Source: the human T2T-CHM13v2.0 reference genome, Homo sapiens. Taken from it: DNA of 64,000 nt. The stretch is from assembly GCF_009914755.1 (NCBI RefSeq), contig NC_060928.1; one strand, 5' to 3'. Positions 1 through 16,839 of the stretch are shown here, in pieces (positions within the stretch are counted from its first letter, which is position 1; the number at the start of each line of letters is the position of its first letter). Both the position numbers and the translations under genes were made by a program. Under the pieces are notes generated by a model that made no database searches, had not been told where the DNA came from, and was given only the letters and a program-made list of their open reading frames with translations.

Positions 1-99
1 AGAAGTAACTTACAAACTATGCAAAGACTGCACGCTAACTTAAGAGACAGCTATGCTAAGCACCTAAGGTGCTCATGAACTTTGTTGTGTTGGAGGAGC

Positions 100-580
100 T
101 TAAGCAAGATTTTTGTGGTTGGAGTATAGTGTGTGAGGCAGAGAGTAGCCCAAGGTGAGGGTGGAAAGGAAAGGCAAGGGCAGATTGCAGGACTTTGTGA
201 GCTAGGAAAGGGGTAGGCTTTTATTTAACTGTGATAGAAAGCCATCAGAAGTTTTAAACAGGGGAATGAGGCCATGCTACATGCCTTACAAAAGGATCAT
301 CCTGGCTGCTGAGTGGAGAATGGAAGTTAGGGAAGCCAGAGTGCACGGGCAGTGACACCAGGGGACTATACTGGTACTTGTGGTGGGAGATAATGGGGGC
401 TTGGATTAGAAGGGTAGTGATGGAACAGTAGAAAAATGAACATATTAGAGATACGTTTTGGAGGACTTGATGGATAGATTGGATATTGAATATAAGGAAA
501 GAGAGGAGTCAAGGATAACACCTAGACCCTTTGCTTGCAAAATAGGTGGATGATGCTTCTGTTCCTGAGAGGGAGAATAT
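100..580 (-). mobile_element. Degenerate LINE-2 fragment
   Basis: Purine-rich L2 antisense motifs such as 'gaaagccatcagaagttttaaacagggg' and 'gagaggagtcaaggataacacc'. Boundaries approximate. Confidence 0.6.
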
Positions 581-967
581 ATATTGTCATTTCTCCTCTG
601 TACTTAAATATAAGTGATATGGTTTATAAATGAATTTGACATATCAGATTAAGAGCAATTAGGAAGATGCTTACCATTATAGAGTTTATTCTATTCTTGC
701 TAGAATCCAAATACTCCTATGCGAAATTTATTTATCTAAAATTTTACATTCACTTTAGAATTCTAAAGTTGTTGTTAGAGACAAAGTGTTTATAGCACAC
801 ATTAATGTTTTCTTGATATGTAAAAACCTCATAGTCAGTACTTAACAAGGAAAAATTACACATTTTGAAAAGTTTTAAAATAAAGTGAAAAAGTATGAAA
901 TATCAGGTGATAAAAAATACTCAGAGATTATTTCAATAGATAAGATTGATAAAAGGTTAAAGTGTTC

Positions 968-1353
968 AGAAATCCCTGCGACTGGGTAATTCATAAAGAA
1001 AAGAGGTTTAATTGGCTCCTGGTTTTGCTGTCCAGGCATGGGGCTGGCGTCTGCTTCGTTTCTGGGGAAGCCTCAGGGAGCTTTTACTCATGGCAGAAGG
1101 CAAAGTGGGAGCAGGCACCTCACATGGCGAGAGCAGGAGCAGAAGAGAGGGCAAAGCGAAAGATACCAAACACTTTCAAACAGACAGAGCTTGTGAGAAC
1201 TCACTATCATGAGGACAGCACTAAGGGGATGGTGCTAACCATTCATAAGAAATTTGCCCCCGTGATCCAATCACCTCCCACTAGTCCCCACCTCCAACAC
1301 TGGGAATCACATTTCAACATGAGATTTAGGGGGAAAAATATCCAAATTATATC
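968..1353 (-). mobile_element. MST-type MaLR solo LTR (MSTA/MSTB-like), one end truncated
   Basis: Contains 'ctgggtaattcataaagaaaagaggtttaattggctc', 'ggaagcctcagggagcttttactcatggcagaaggc' and ends 'atatccaaattatatca'. Explains ORFs 962-1375 and 1012-1212. Confidence 0.85.
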
Positions 1354-1544
1354 AATTAATATCCTTAATTTATGAGATATTTTTACCAATCAATTTTTTT
1401 AAATGACAAGAAGAAAAATGGGCAAAGAACACAAAAAGGCAATTTACAAAAGAAAAGGTCAATAGCATGAGAGAAAGCTAAACCACACCCACAGCAATAA
1501 TCCAATCATTCAATATGTTAAAATAATAAGAGAAACAGCACCAA

Positions 1545-1802
1545 TAGTGGATAAGAACACAAACTGTAGAGCTAGAATTTCTGAGTTTGAAGACCTACCT
1601 CTAAAATTTACTAACTGGGTAACTTTGGGCAAATACCTTGATCTTTGTTTCAGTTTCCTCATCTGTGAACTGGGGGTCATTAGAGTACCCATGTTATCAG
1701 GTTGTTTTGTGTGTTAAATGGGTGTTAATACAGGTAGGTTACTTAGAACAGTGCCTAGGGTATAATAATTGTGTGAGTTTTAGAAATTACTGTTATTATT
1801 GC
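1545..1802 (+). mobile_element. MIR SINE
   Basis: Core 'ctgggtaactttgggcaaatacc...tcagtttcctcatctgtgaactggggg' and tail 'acttagaacagtgcctagg'. Confidence 0.8.
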
Positions 1803-2169
1803 TGTTTAGTATTTATATTATTCTTAAATGTTTATAAAATGACAATACCTAATGTTGGCTAAGTGGGGGAAATGAGTATTTTCATACATTGTAGGTGAAA
1901 TTATATATTGGATTATTATTTTGGGAAGAAAGTTTTGCAATATGTCTCAAAAGTCTTAAACTAAGTGAAATCTTTAATAAATAAAATTCTACTTTTGGGA
2001 ATTTAACCAATAATCTATACAATTATTTGCCCCAATGGCTAGTCACAGCAGCATTACTTACAATGGTAAAAAGTTAGCAAAAACCTGACCTCCAGGTAAA
2101 GAGGTGGTTTGGATTTATTATTTTCATTTACTCTCTAAACTTCATTAAAACTATAGTAAAAGTATTATT

Positions 2170-3450
2170 TTATTGAAATTTATTTTATTTTATTAAAATT
2201 TACACACAGGAGAATATATTAAATGGAGAATTTGATGAGTTTTGAGAAATGTAGACACCCATGTTAGCAAGCTCCCAATCAAGAATATCTCCATCCTCCT
2301 AGAAAGTTTCCTTTTGCCCTATTCCAGTCAATCTTCACCTCCATGGACTACACTGTTCAGATTCCTCTCACTATAGATTAGTTTTCCTTATTCCTGGACT
2401 TCACAAAAATGAAATAATACAGTGTGGGCTTCTTTGTGTCTGGCTTCTTTCATTGAAGATACTATTTCTGAGAACCTTTTTATGTCATTGTTATATCAGT
2501 AGTTATTCCTCTACTTTTGATTCCCATATCCTCTGTTCCTTTATTGCTGAGTAGTTGCTAATAGAAAAAACATTCGATTTTTGAATATATTATAATTGGT
2601 TTTTTCCATTGCTGATACACTTTTTGTTGTTTTTGACTGTCATGAATAAAGCTGTTATGAACATTCTTGTACAAGACATTTTGTGGTCATATTTTTTCAC
2701 TTCTCTTGGGGGAAGATAAATACTTAGGAGTACAATTGCTAGGTCATGGAGTGAGTATATGTTTAGTGTTATAATAAACTGCTAAACAGTTTTACAAAGT
2801 GATTGAACCATTTTATACTTTCACCAGTATTGTTTAATATATGTTGCTTCATTTCTCTGTGAACATTTGGTGTTGTCAGGGGTTTTTTTTTTTAAAAGCT
2901 ATTTTCCTATGTGTGAAGTAGTATCTAATAGCAGTTTCAAAGCATTTCTCTGCTGAGCACCTTTACATGTGCTTATTGACCATTCACACATCTACTTAAA
3001 ACTTTTGCCTAAAGTTGTAAAGATGTTCTAAATTTTCTTATGGAAGAGTTACAGTTTTGACTTACACATTTAGGTTTATCGCATATTGCTAATTAATTTT
3101 TGTGTATGATGTGAGGTAGAGATTGAGGCTCATGTTTTCATAGTTTTTTTCTGGTTGTTTCAGCTCAATCTATTTTAAACTTTCCTTTCCCCATTGATAT
3201 TTGGGTATCTTGGTTGAAAACTAATTAACACTAAATGTACAGGTTTATTTCTGAACTCTATATTATGTTACATTCATCTATTCATTCTTACACTACACTC
3301 TTGATTATTGTAACTTTATAGAAAGTCTTGAAATCAGATAATGTGAATAATCCATTGTTGTTCTTCAAAATTGTTTTGACTGTTCTAGGTCCTTCAAATT
3401 TCCATATAAATTCTAGAATCAATGTGTCAGTTGTTTCCTAAAAGCCTAGA
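2170..3450 (-). mobile_element. Old L1M (L1MC/ME-type) 3' end and ORF2 fragment
   Basis: T-rich antisense L1M motifs such as 'atgaataaagctgttatgaacattcttgtacaag' and 'gtaactttatagaaagtcttgaaatcag'. Confidence 0.7.
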
Positions 3451-4834
3451 GATATACTTGTATACAGTACAAAGACATACAACTAAGCGTAGTCATTTTT
3501 TTAGTTTGATGTAGCAAATGATTGAAAATAATCTAAATGCTGATCAACAAGGAACTGGTGCAATATAGTACATAACATTTACACAATGAAATTTTATGCA
3601 ACCATTAAAGAATAAAATAGATCTATATGTTCTAATAAGGTAGATCTATATGTGCTAATTCTAAAAGATATATTAAGTGAGAAAGTCAATAGGCAGAACA
3701 GTGTACAGAGTATGCTCTCATTTGTTTTAAAAATAAGGGTATAGATGCATATATATGTACATATATATACTTTCTATATATGCATAAAACTAATTGGCTC
3801 ATTTAACTGAAAAGTTGAGGGTTGAGTTGTCCTTCAGACTATGTCCAGGGGCTCACAGGATGTTACTAGAAACTGCTCCTCACTCTGTAGCTTGACTGCA
3901 CTTTTCTCTGTGTTGGCTTCATTGTCAGCTTCTTCCATGCCATGGCAGCTCCAGACTTTCACAGTTACTGCAGTTCATGGCAGACACTATTGATCTCACT
4001 GTTCCTTTATTAAATATAACAGAGGATTTCCAGTCTTGTTTGAGTTATTTGCCCATCCTGTGGATCCCTCACTGTGAATGGAGGGATGAAGAACCTTGAT
4101 TGGCCAAGTGGATCATGTGCTTACATCTGTAACTAAAGGAGAGAAGGACACCACGGGGGAAGGAGCCATTCAATGGAAGGGACAATGTGCAGATTAAACC
4201 ACATATGCCCAGATACTGACCTTAATAGTGTCTTTTTTGTTCATGTGTAAATATGGCAATTTTCTATAAAATTGTGGCTAAAATTGTACTTCTGTATTTC
4301 AAGAAATTCTTTCATGCTTTGCCTTTCACTGTCCAGCTTGAGCACACACATCATTCTCTTATTTCCCTGATTTCCAGCTGTGGGCTCTTACCTGTTTCTC
4401 CCATTTTGCCTAGTCCATTTGCACTGATAACCAGCTTGCTTTTGACCCTCAGATCATACAATTTGGCCTAATGCAGTAGAGCTCCTGGGAAAATACACTT
4501 TACCTCTGTGATTAGTCTCACTTGAGTTCAAACTCTGGGTTGCCCTATGTTTGGGTAGGAGATCAGACAAGATTGTTTGATCTCTTATTCTGGTCACAAG
4601 GGTCCTTCTGGTCACATTAATCCTTAATGGATCTGCCAAAGTGGCTGCTTTCAAGCCTGTATGTCCCTGCTAGGTTCTCTTGATTCCTATGAAGTTGCAT
4701 GAGTGGACACGAAACTGGAAATAGCACTTGACAACCTGCTTGTTTCCCAGTAAGAATCAGGTAATATTGCTGTGTGATAATAGATATTAAATTATTCTGT
4801 AATATATTCCTATTTTATTTAAAAATATATTTTA

Positions 4835-5005
4835 TAATAACTGAAAGAGTAGATTTGGAATGTTCACAGCACAAAGAAATGACAAATGTTTGAAGTGATG
4901 GATATCCCCATTATCCAGATTTGATCATTACATACTACATGCTTGCATCAAAATGTCATATGTACCCCATCAATATGTACAACTATTACATATATATACA
5001 AATTA
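4835..5005 (+). mobile_element. L1MA-type 3' end fragment
   Basis: 'gagtagatttggaatgttcacagcacaaagaaatgacaaatgtttgaagtgatggatatcccc...atgtaccccatcaatatgtacaacta'. Confidence 0.8.
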
Positions 5006-5861
5006 TTTTGAAAAAATAATAGGGAAAAATTGAGTAGCTAGTTCTGTTTCTGAATGGAACAATTTATTTGTTGTAGAATAATATATTAATCTGGAATTGG
5101 TTGGAATTAAAATTCTTCTAATATGATTATCACTACCTAGAGAGGAGCCAAAGACAGTGAGATAAAAATAAGTCAAGAGATGATATAATAGTAAAATAAA
5201 AAGGATAAAATTGAATATTTGGGTGAATTTTAGGATTTTAAAAATATGTGTTAAATGAGCTGAGCTGTTATCCAGATTAAGACAACCAGTAGATACAAGA
5301 AGCTCAGAGAGCAAAGCTTCTAATTATAGAAATACATCTATTCAAATAATGCATTGCTAATTTTGAAATAAATTGGGGTGCAGAGAAAGGGACTGCCTTG
5401 GCTTACAGTTCCCAGATAAACTAGCAAATGTAGTAATTAATTTGCTTGATACATTCATTCACCAATTCTTAACTAACCAGGGAAACATATTCTTTAGTCA
5501 TATTTAGTTTTTAAATGGAAAGGATGATCAACTCATTATAGAGCTGAGAACATGTACGAGTCTGCCCCTGCAAATAATCCCCTACTTCCCTCTTTAGGAC
5601 TGAGTCACACTACCGTTTTGCTTGGCCTGGCTCTTTAATCTTTGGACTAATGTACTCAGGCCATCCTTTTAGATATTTTATTTAGATTTCCTAGCATATT
5701 GCACTATCCCACTGGAATATTTAAAATTTATATTATGCATCTAATTTTGTTTATTGCAGAAAAACGAGCAATAGGTAGAAGTTTAAAGAATGAAATAAAG
5801 ACCAATTTTAATTCTAGCTATGCAAAAAACTTATCAATGTTAAATAATTAATAACATTTTA

Positions 5862-6545
<684 letters not shown>

Positions 6546-6559
6546 TCTCTTCTTCCTTT

Positions 6560-6990
6560 TAGCATCAAAACTTTCCACTTTCCAGTTTAAGGTAAGCATG
6601 TAGTAGCCCAGCTGGAGACATTTCTGAGCCTCCCCTGGTAGCTTGGCATGACCAAGGTCTGACAGGTGAAATAGGAGAAGAAGTGGTATGTAAACTTATA
6701 GTTCACATCCCTAAAAGGAAGCAGCTTTACTTGCCACTTTCTTTTCATCCTTTCTTTGGGCCAAAATGCAGATATAGTGATAGTGAGTCAGCCTTAATCA
6801 TGTAGAAGAACATACCCTACAAATGATGGAGCAACTAGATAGAAATAACCTGGATCTCTTTGGATTACCTGTGGAGCAGAGCTGCCTACCTGCCAAACTG
6901 CACAGCTACTCTTACAGAAGGGGAAAAACAAAGCTTCCATCTTGCTAAACTATGGTTATTGTCAAAGCAGCCAAATCAATATTCACATTG
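6560..6990 (+). mobile_element. Ancient ERVL/MaLR LTR (LTR33/LTR16/MLT1-like)
   Basis: 'catttctgagcctcccctggtagcttggcatgacc' and 'gatggagcaactagatagaaataacctggatc'. Confidence 0.55.
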
Positions 6991-9269
6991 TATGTGTTTA
7001 AAAATTCTTCTATTTAATATCATATTGAAGAATACTTCTATATGGCATTAACTTTCTATGGGTTTCCATGGGTTTTTACAACTTTAATTCGGACATAGTA
7101 CAATAGGCAACTCCAAAGGGCTAACTTCTGGGCTGCAGCAAAAAATCTGTTTTTTTTTTTTTTTGAGATGAGAAATTACCTTAGCAGTGCTGATCTAGGT
7201 TAGGCCTATATGTTATTGGCCTAACATATAGGCCAATCAAGATTAGAAGATAAAAGAGTTATTGGCAACTATCAATCTGTTTTAAATGAGTAAGGATTTG
7301 GACTGACTTATGAAGCCTTAAGATGGCCATATTTGTATGATGTTGCTCAACTATGGCAGAGGTTAAAACATAAGTAAATACAAATTATACCAAATAATGT
7401 AGAATAGTTTAATAACTGTTAGATCTGTAGAGCATGAGGTATGCTTGCTAGGGAAACAAAAACAACTTGTTTTAAATATATTTAATGTAAAGATATAAAG
7501 AAAGATAGAGAATCACATTTTTAGGAAGTAGCTTATGCAGATAAGTTAAGCCAAATTACTTTGGTGATTTCACTCAGATTTTTATGACCTCCAAAAATAG
7601 GATCCATCCTCCTGATGTCAAAGTCTGAGATTCTCAAAAAAGAGTAAGTCTCAGCTCCACTGAGTTTTTCAGTGATGATACTATACATAGATGCGATAGA
7701 GCTCTAAGGAGAGTAAAATATTCACATTCATTTTGGAGGGTTAATAGCTGAGAAAACTGACTAGCTAAGCAGCTATAATAATTCCAATAGAGAGCCCCTT
7801 TACATTTTTCTAATAATATAATTCATGTAATTCTTTATACTACATAAATCTTTTCCACATACTTCCAGATCTTTGGCTTCAATATGCTCTGTAAAAGCTG
7901 GAAGATGAGTTCAAATCTTCCTTTTCTCTGATTTTTTTTATGAGTTAACTTCTTCCCATGACCTGTAGTAAGACGTCTTGGTGGCTGAACTTAGAACCCT
8001 GAGTAATTTTTCCTCCTTTCTCCCCACTTTCTTTTCTGACAAATGCTAAGCTTTATTATTTAAATATATTTCTTACATATATTTTATTAAATATTTTGCA
8101 TTTGGTAGCTCACCACATCTTCATTTCTTATTTTTTAGTTGGTGACTAAAAGATAATGCAGGGCTTTACTACAAAGGCAAATAATTGCCACAAAAAGAGG
8201 ATTGTCATATTTTCCCCAAGGAACTCTATCTTGTTAACTCCTTAAAATTGCTGAGCACGTTTTTCTTAAGGGATTTAGCATTTATTTTTTCAGTACTTTT
8301 ATGTGGCTAAAAAACAATTCTATGTGTTGAATAGAGTGCTAGTAATATCTGTGATGGCAGTCTTGTCAAAACACTCAAAATGTATCTCACTTGTTATGGA
8401 AATTTTGAAAACCTCTGTCCCTTCAAAAATGTATATTTTGCTTTGGAAGCTATACCAAACATCTTAAATTTCAGAATGCCATTGGGAACAATCCTCATAG
8501 AACAATCCTCATTAGAAAAAAAAAAGTTTTCTAATTAGACAGTGCAGGACAATGTTACAGGAACCAGCCTAGATAACATCGCTTTATCTAAGACAATTCT
8601 AGTAACACCTTCTAATACATCCCATGCAGCAGAGAAATTTCCATTTTCTAGCATTGCCCTAACAATATATCGGCAGCTTAAAGAATTGCAGTGCCTTAAA
8701 TGCAAGCCATTGAAGATCCAAATGCTGTGAATTGGTCCTTTCTGACAGAGGAGAAAGACCCATGAGCCAGTCCCAAATGGTGTAAACAGGAGCAGTGCAT
8801 AATTAAAAGCCATCTGCATGTCTTGTGTGCCCCTTTCTGTAAGTGAAATAGGGCTAGCACTATGTAAGTACTTAAAAGCTCCTTTCAAAAATTTCAAATC
8901 CTTATTGAGACATTACCCTACAGTGCAGAGAACAAGACAAACCAAAGTATTCATGACCAACCCCCTCCCACTTCTTATTTTCGCATAGGATTTTCTCGTA
9001 AGATTTATAACCAAATTAACATAATGCCATACCACCACATTAGATGTGTTTATTGTAGATTTTAAAATATTCTATAGTTCATGAAAAAAAGTTGAGCTGT
9101 AGGAGCTAGGAAAATAACTTTGTTGTGTGTATCCACCAAGATTATACTCAAAAGTTCATTCTGAATTCGAATGGAGGCTGTGCCCTACTCCCACAAACAA
9201 ATGCTAGTTCCTAAGCCTTCAGATTCAGAAGCTTTACTTTTTAATTTTTTTTGTCTTGGAAATGTTATT

Positions 9270-9415
9270 GTTTTTTTTAAAAAAAGGCTTTATATTTTAA
9301 GAGAAGTTTTAGGTTTACAGCAAAATTGAGAGGAAGGATCAGAGATATCGCCTTTGCCCTCTGCCACCACATGTATGGTTTCTCCCATGGCAACATACCC
9401 CCACACAGAGCAGAA
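9270..9415 (-). mobile_element. L1MC-type 3' end fragment
   Basis: 'ttttaagagaagttttaggtttacagcaaaattgagaggaagg'. Confidence 0.7.
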
Positions 9416-12400
9416 GTATTATTTTATCTTCTTTAGGATGAATTTGACTTCTAGGCACATGTTTAATATTTTTTCTTTGCTAGGAAGTAACTGGTAAAGG
9501 AGTCTATTCATTAGTTCTTGTAATAAGTTTGAGTTATAACTAGGTGGTGCTCCTATTAATTCCAAAGTGATAGCCTGTCTTGCTTGAGAATAGATGTGTT
9601 TAGCAGGCAATTTTAGAAGATGGATTCATTCTACACAGATCATCAGTACTATCCAAGGACACATTTTGTTGTGTTCTTGTGGTTTGGGATGTTTAGGGGG
9701 GAATCTGAATTGTTATGAGGGGAAGTTGGCCCTGATATCCTCAGAAGTTCCTTCCAACTCTTAGATGCTATGACTTTATGAAAATTTTATTTTTGAAATG
9801 CTGTATTTCCAGTCAGTGAAAGTAGCAGGGTCCTTATATAAATACATATAAGGATACTCCAAGATCTTGAATTTAAAAATGTTTACCCTTAAATTTTTAA
9901 AAATTAAAATAATTTTGCTTTCTACGTTTTGTACCTGTAGAATTTACACCACGGTTCCACTCTCTCAACATTTCCCATGACATGGAATTCTTTAATATGA
10001 GACTTCAAGCATAACTTTTGAGGTTCCATTTAATTCTTCTTTTCAAGAATAACTGATACTGTGTTCAGGATGGGATACAAATGACTGATATTCTAAAATG
10101 TAACTTTTTTTTACACTATCTACCTGGAGATAAAAAATGTAACAATTCTGAATTCCCACAGACCCATAAGTTAGCAGAGCATGCAGTCAGTCTTGCCTTA
10201 CAGTCTCTCTATTGATTTGCCTCATAATCCTTGGGCTTACTGGTGTCTCATTGGTCATTTCTGGTTGTTTTTGTCATTCATGAATGCAGCCAGAATTCAG
10301 CCCCTCCCACGCTTTTGAAGTCAGAGGACTTGGTAACCCCAGAACATCATTCCTTGTATATGTGGCTCCTGCTGTTACTGCCACAAAACTCCGTCTTCAT
10401 AGAGCCACTTGGTCTTAGTGTGGTTTTATGTGGCTTAGAGGTGTAGTACCCAATGCATTCCATGCCTCCCTGGAGCTCAGAGTCTTTGTCCAGTTGGTTT
10501 TAGCTCTAGGGAGAGGAACAAGTCTTGCCTTTCTCCTGTCTTCCAACTCTGTTTTCTGGCTCAGGACTAATCTAATGGGATGATTGAGAGGAATGATGCA
10601 TTTCCTGCAGACAAGTCCTTATCCACTACCTCGAGAGAGTGGTCTGGCTTCTACGGACCTGAAAAGACAATTAGTAACTAACTTGACGTGCATATCAGGG
10701 TTATGTGGCTACTTCTTATGCATAAACAGTCTAATGAAGGGACTTGCTGCATTGATATTTACATAGACCTTATGGGGAAGGAAATGCAGGTGTGTTAAAT
10801 TCTTTTCTTTTTTTTTCCTTTATTCAAGACTACTCTTTCTAATTTAAAAAAATTGTGGTTTCCCCAAATTTTGTACCTCCATGATAACTCCCAATTCTAG
10901 AGTGCTCTTTATTTAACAGTGATTATTGTAAGTTCCACTTAGGAGAGAACAATCACAGGCTCTGTAACTTATTCAGCAATAGTTATGTGGCTCCATTAAC
11001 TGAAATAATATATAGGTGGTATCAAATTTCATTAATTCTATAAATATATATTTTATTTCTACAAGGTGTCATTGCTGTTACAGATCTGTGGAGACTGTGA
11101 AGAGTATGAGAAAACCTTGAAGATCATTGTTTACATTGGAAAACCTGGGAGTAAAGTGGTTATAAAATGATTCACATTAGTTCAGAGTCAGAGTCAAGGG
11201 CTGTATCTGTGATAATAATATGAAACAAATGGTTTATTAAAGAAATTGTTTTCAAAGAAGTATAATAAATGTCTATGGAAATATGGATGAAATTCATAAT
11301 GATTCTAAAAGCTATGAAAATTAATGTGGCAAAGATCTTGTGCACTGTCACTTACATAAAAGGGGAAAATAAATTTTTCAGATAATTTCTGCTTTCTGTT
11401 TTCCCCTGGCTATGTTGCTGCCTTGCCTTATTTTCTCATTTTTTCCCAAGCTGTAGCATGAAAACAAGGCCTCTATCAAAAGCACTAAAAATGTTTCATT
11501 GCAGTAGTTTAGGTTGAGGAAGCAAGGTCTATGGATTCATTGTCTGAGTAGTGTTTTATGTGATTGGAAGGAATGGCTTCAAGGATGTTGGTAGTGAAAG
11601 AAAATTTAATTGCTGATTTCATTTACATCTGTGACTACTAACATTGAGGGGATTAACTCTTTTCTTTCAAAAGTAGATGTTTGCTGCTTTTAAAACCATG
11701 TTTTAAAATATGCATTAAATTAAAGATTTTATTAGACTGAATGTTTGCCATCAGAAATGACAGGGAGCTAATATATATATATATATTTTTAGGTCACATA
11801 GTACTTTGTGCCAGTCACTTTCCATGTATTTCTTCATGTAATTTTCATACCTTTAGGGGGAAGCTGCTCTCTAATCATCTACCCATTCATCCATATATCC
11901 AATAAATGTTTATAACATGCTTATGATGAACTAACCATAATGATAGCAATAATAATTACAATAGGGATGTGTCTTGTGAGTTAAGAGAAAAGTCTGCTTA
12001 TGACTGGAGTGATTGGAAAGGGGAGGGCTGGTTCTGGACTCAACACATCATTGATGCTAGCCAAAATTTCTCTTAATCCCACTCCTTGAGGAACTGTTAT
12101 AGGAGGCAGCAATGAAGACAATTATTGAAAGTTTGGTTGGAATTTCCCAGCATGCATGGGTTTAATGTCTATACCATATGGATAATCAGCATGAGGGAAG
12201 AGGTCCTTTTCATGGGCTGATGATATTCTTTGGCAGTGGGACTATTGCTATGGACAGAGAAAGCAGCACTTGTAATCCAAGGAGTGTCTAGAAGGAGTAT
12301 GGACTGAGATTCACAGGATGGAATTTGAGATGCACAAATTTGGACATTAAAAGAGTGACATCACCGTGTGCACAGGGTAATAAAGGTGGACATATGGGTT

Positions 12401-13532
12401 GTATACATTTGAAGAAAATGAAGCTTTGAGAAGTCATAGGAGATGATAAGCAGAGATACTGGGATTCAAATCCAGGTTTATATTACCTCCTTTGATAGTT
12501 TTTTAAACCATTTGTAGACACTGGTCTGAAATACTTTCCTCAAAAACTGCCTTAGCTATTGCAGGAAAAATAATCTGTATGAAGTGGAACACTTTTTGTA
12601 ACAGTAATATCTTTGGTAAACAGTGAGAAAGTCATTCCAAGTTGTACTCTGACTCTCTGTCCTTTGTCCAAATTGTACTATTCACATATCCAGAGACAGA
12701 GTGTCTCTATGACTTAATTATGATGAGTATAATAATTGAGAGTAGGTAGTTATATTATGCCAGAGGAGATAATTAAATGGGGGAATTGCACTATTAGCTG
12801 GGCTTTTAGTACCATGCATTATCCTTATGAAAGATGATATTATGATTCCACTATACATTGCTCAGATAAAAAATATTTACCGAGTCAACACTTCAGATCA
12901 GAGGTCATTAAGAAATACATTAGAAATAGAAGACATCCTAGAGAAATCATTAAAATACTTTGGAAATTTTACAAGCATAAATGCAGGGCATAGATTTACT
13001 TTATGACCAGCAGTTTTATTATCAGTAGGATTGGCAATTCTTCCTGCACCCACAATTTTAGCAGAAATAAATTAATCATTCAAGTGAATATTATAGGAGC
13101 ATAGTGCATAGTGGTAGCTTAGGTCCAAATATTCCCACTTCTTTTCTTGGAAATCACATACACGAAGAATAGAAAAAATTGTCCTCACATTAGATTCTCA
13201 TCAATGCTAGGAAACAGAGAGAATCTACAAACTCTAAGTTTTGTATTATTGTAGCCCAAGCAAATTAAATCAGCATTAACTTCATGGAAATGATGGGGCT
13301 TTTAGGGGCTGAAGGTGAGATGAAGAATGGAAGGCAGGAAGGGGCCTATCAGTGGCAGAGCTTAGAAATCAGAAGGAAATACTAAAATATTTACTCCCAG
13401 AAGGAGCGGGCCCCTCTCTGGATTTTGCTGTGAATTGGACTGATACACAACAGGGTGCAATTGCTAAGGAAGGTGGGTAAAAAGTTGCAGAAAGCAATCA
13501 GGCAAAATCAAGAGGTGACCGAGTTGTTTTAG

Positions 13533-15172
<1,640 letters not shown>

Positions 15173-16282
15173 AGAAAATTCCATGTTCCAGAAAAAGGTG
15201 AACACTTTCAAAGGCAGGAGGTATACCCCTTAATAAAGTGACAAGAAGAGGACCAAGGGAAATTATAGCTGGGAGTAGAAGCTCTTCTGAATCAGGTTAG
15301 GTGCTAAGAGACAAAGGAGATGTGGGTTGTATTATAAATAAATAGCCTACTACTATTTTAACAATATCGGGGAGAGCTGTTGAACAAAGAATCCTAGAGA
15401 ATGATCTACTGGCTCTCTTATTAATAGCTGGCCCAAGAAATTCCAACTCATTTAAACATGAAAAAATGGAGTAAAAATATAGACAAAAATAGTTTAAAAA
15501 GTGTGCAAAAGATCACCCAAAATGTAATAAGAAAACTCATTAAAATGTCACCCTAAAGCAGATAAAAATTTTACAATCCAAAATTTCAATGGGAATTAAC
15601 AAAATTAATGTAGAAATTGCAGCTGTGAAGGAATACCATGAAGCAGAAATCAAATAAATCAGGGAGAAATTGAGCAGTCAACAGAAGGTTTGAGCCAGAC
15701 TGTCCAAATAGTTGAATCAGAGAGTGCTATATTTCAAGAAGGAATGAGAAAGAAATTATGTAGATGTTAATACTAAGTTTTAAGGAGCAGGAGAGAGAAG
15801 AGACATCTTACGAAGCACAGTAAAAGTCACAGGAAAAATAAGTAAGAAAAACAATGAAGTATAAATAGAAACAATAATTAGAGAGAAAAGAGAGAGAATA
15901 AAGACAAAGGAGATCTACCATATGCAGAATTGGAGTTTCTGAAGGAAAACACCGAAAATAATGTAACAATTATATAAAATATAATTATAAAAAGTCTCCT
16001 GAAAAAAAAAAGAGAAGAAAATCTGAAGTAATGTGTTGAAAGAGTGCACTAAATTCCATGGAAATGTGACCCAGAGTGGTCAATGCCAAGATACAGCAGA
16101 ATAGGCTATAAAGATAAAGGATCTACATGAGACAAATAATTGTGTCATCTATAAGTGAAAGACAATCAGGCAGTCAGACTTCTCCACTGCAACATTGAAT
16201 TTCAGGTGACAGTGGAGCAACACCTAGAAGTTATTCAAGGAAGTAAGTGTGACTCAAGAATTTTATATTCAGTCTAGCTGTC

Positions 16283-16839
16283 TGTGATGGTTAATATTAG
16301 GGGTCAACTTGACTGGATGGAAGGATGCCTAAATGGCTAGTGAAGTATTGTTTCTGGGTGTGTCTGTGAGGTTGTTGCAGAGGAGATTGACGTTTGAGTT
16401 GGTGGACTCGGAGAGGAAGACCCACCTTCCTCTGTGGGTGGGCACCATCCACTCGCCTTCCAGCCAGCGTAGCTAGAAAAAGCAGGCGGAAGAAGGCGGG
16501 ATAACCTTGCCTGCTGAGTCTTCTGGCCCTCTTCTTCCCATGCTGGCTGCTTGCTTCAGGTCCTCCTGCCCTTGGACATCAGACTCCAGGTTCTTTGACC
16601 TTTCGACTCTGGGACTCATGCCAGCAGCTTGCTGGGGCTCTTGGACCTTTGGCCACAGACTAAAGGCTGCACTGTCGCTTTTGGCTTCCCTGGTTTTGAG
16701 GCTTCTCTCTTCTCCAGCTTGCAGGCTTATCATGGAACTTTGCCTTGTGATCATGTGAGCCAATTCTCCCTAATAAACTCCCTTTTATATATACATGTAT
16801 CTTATTGGTCTGTTTTTCTGGAGAACCATGACTAATACG
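16283..16839 (+). mobile_element. MLT2A-type (HERV-L) solo LTR
   Basis: Starts 'tgtgatggttaatattagg..tcaacttgactgg' and ends 'gagaaccatgactaatac'. 5-bp TSD ctgtc/ttgtc. Confidence 0.9.

Noticed and set aside
7150-7170. Poly(T)+GAGATG resembling an extremely truncated Alu
   Set aside because: Only 6 informative bases and no clear TSD.
8535-8897. 120-aa minus-strand ORF in unique DNA
   Set aside because: It has a non-ATG start, no recognisable domain and no convincing splice signals.
16300-16325. Possible DUX4 site in the MLT2A LTR
   Set aside because: The sequence is 'tgactggatgg', which does not match the TGATTGGATT-type motif.
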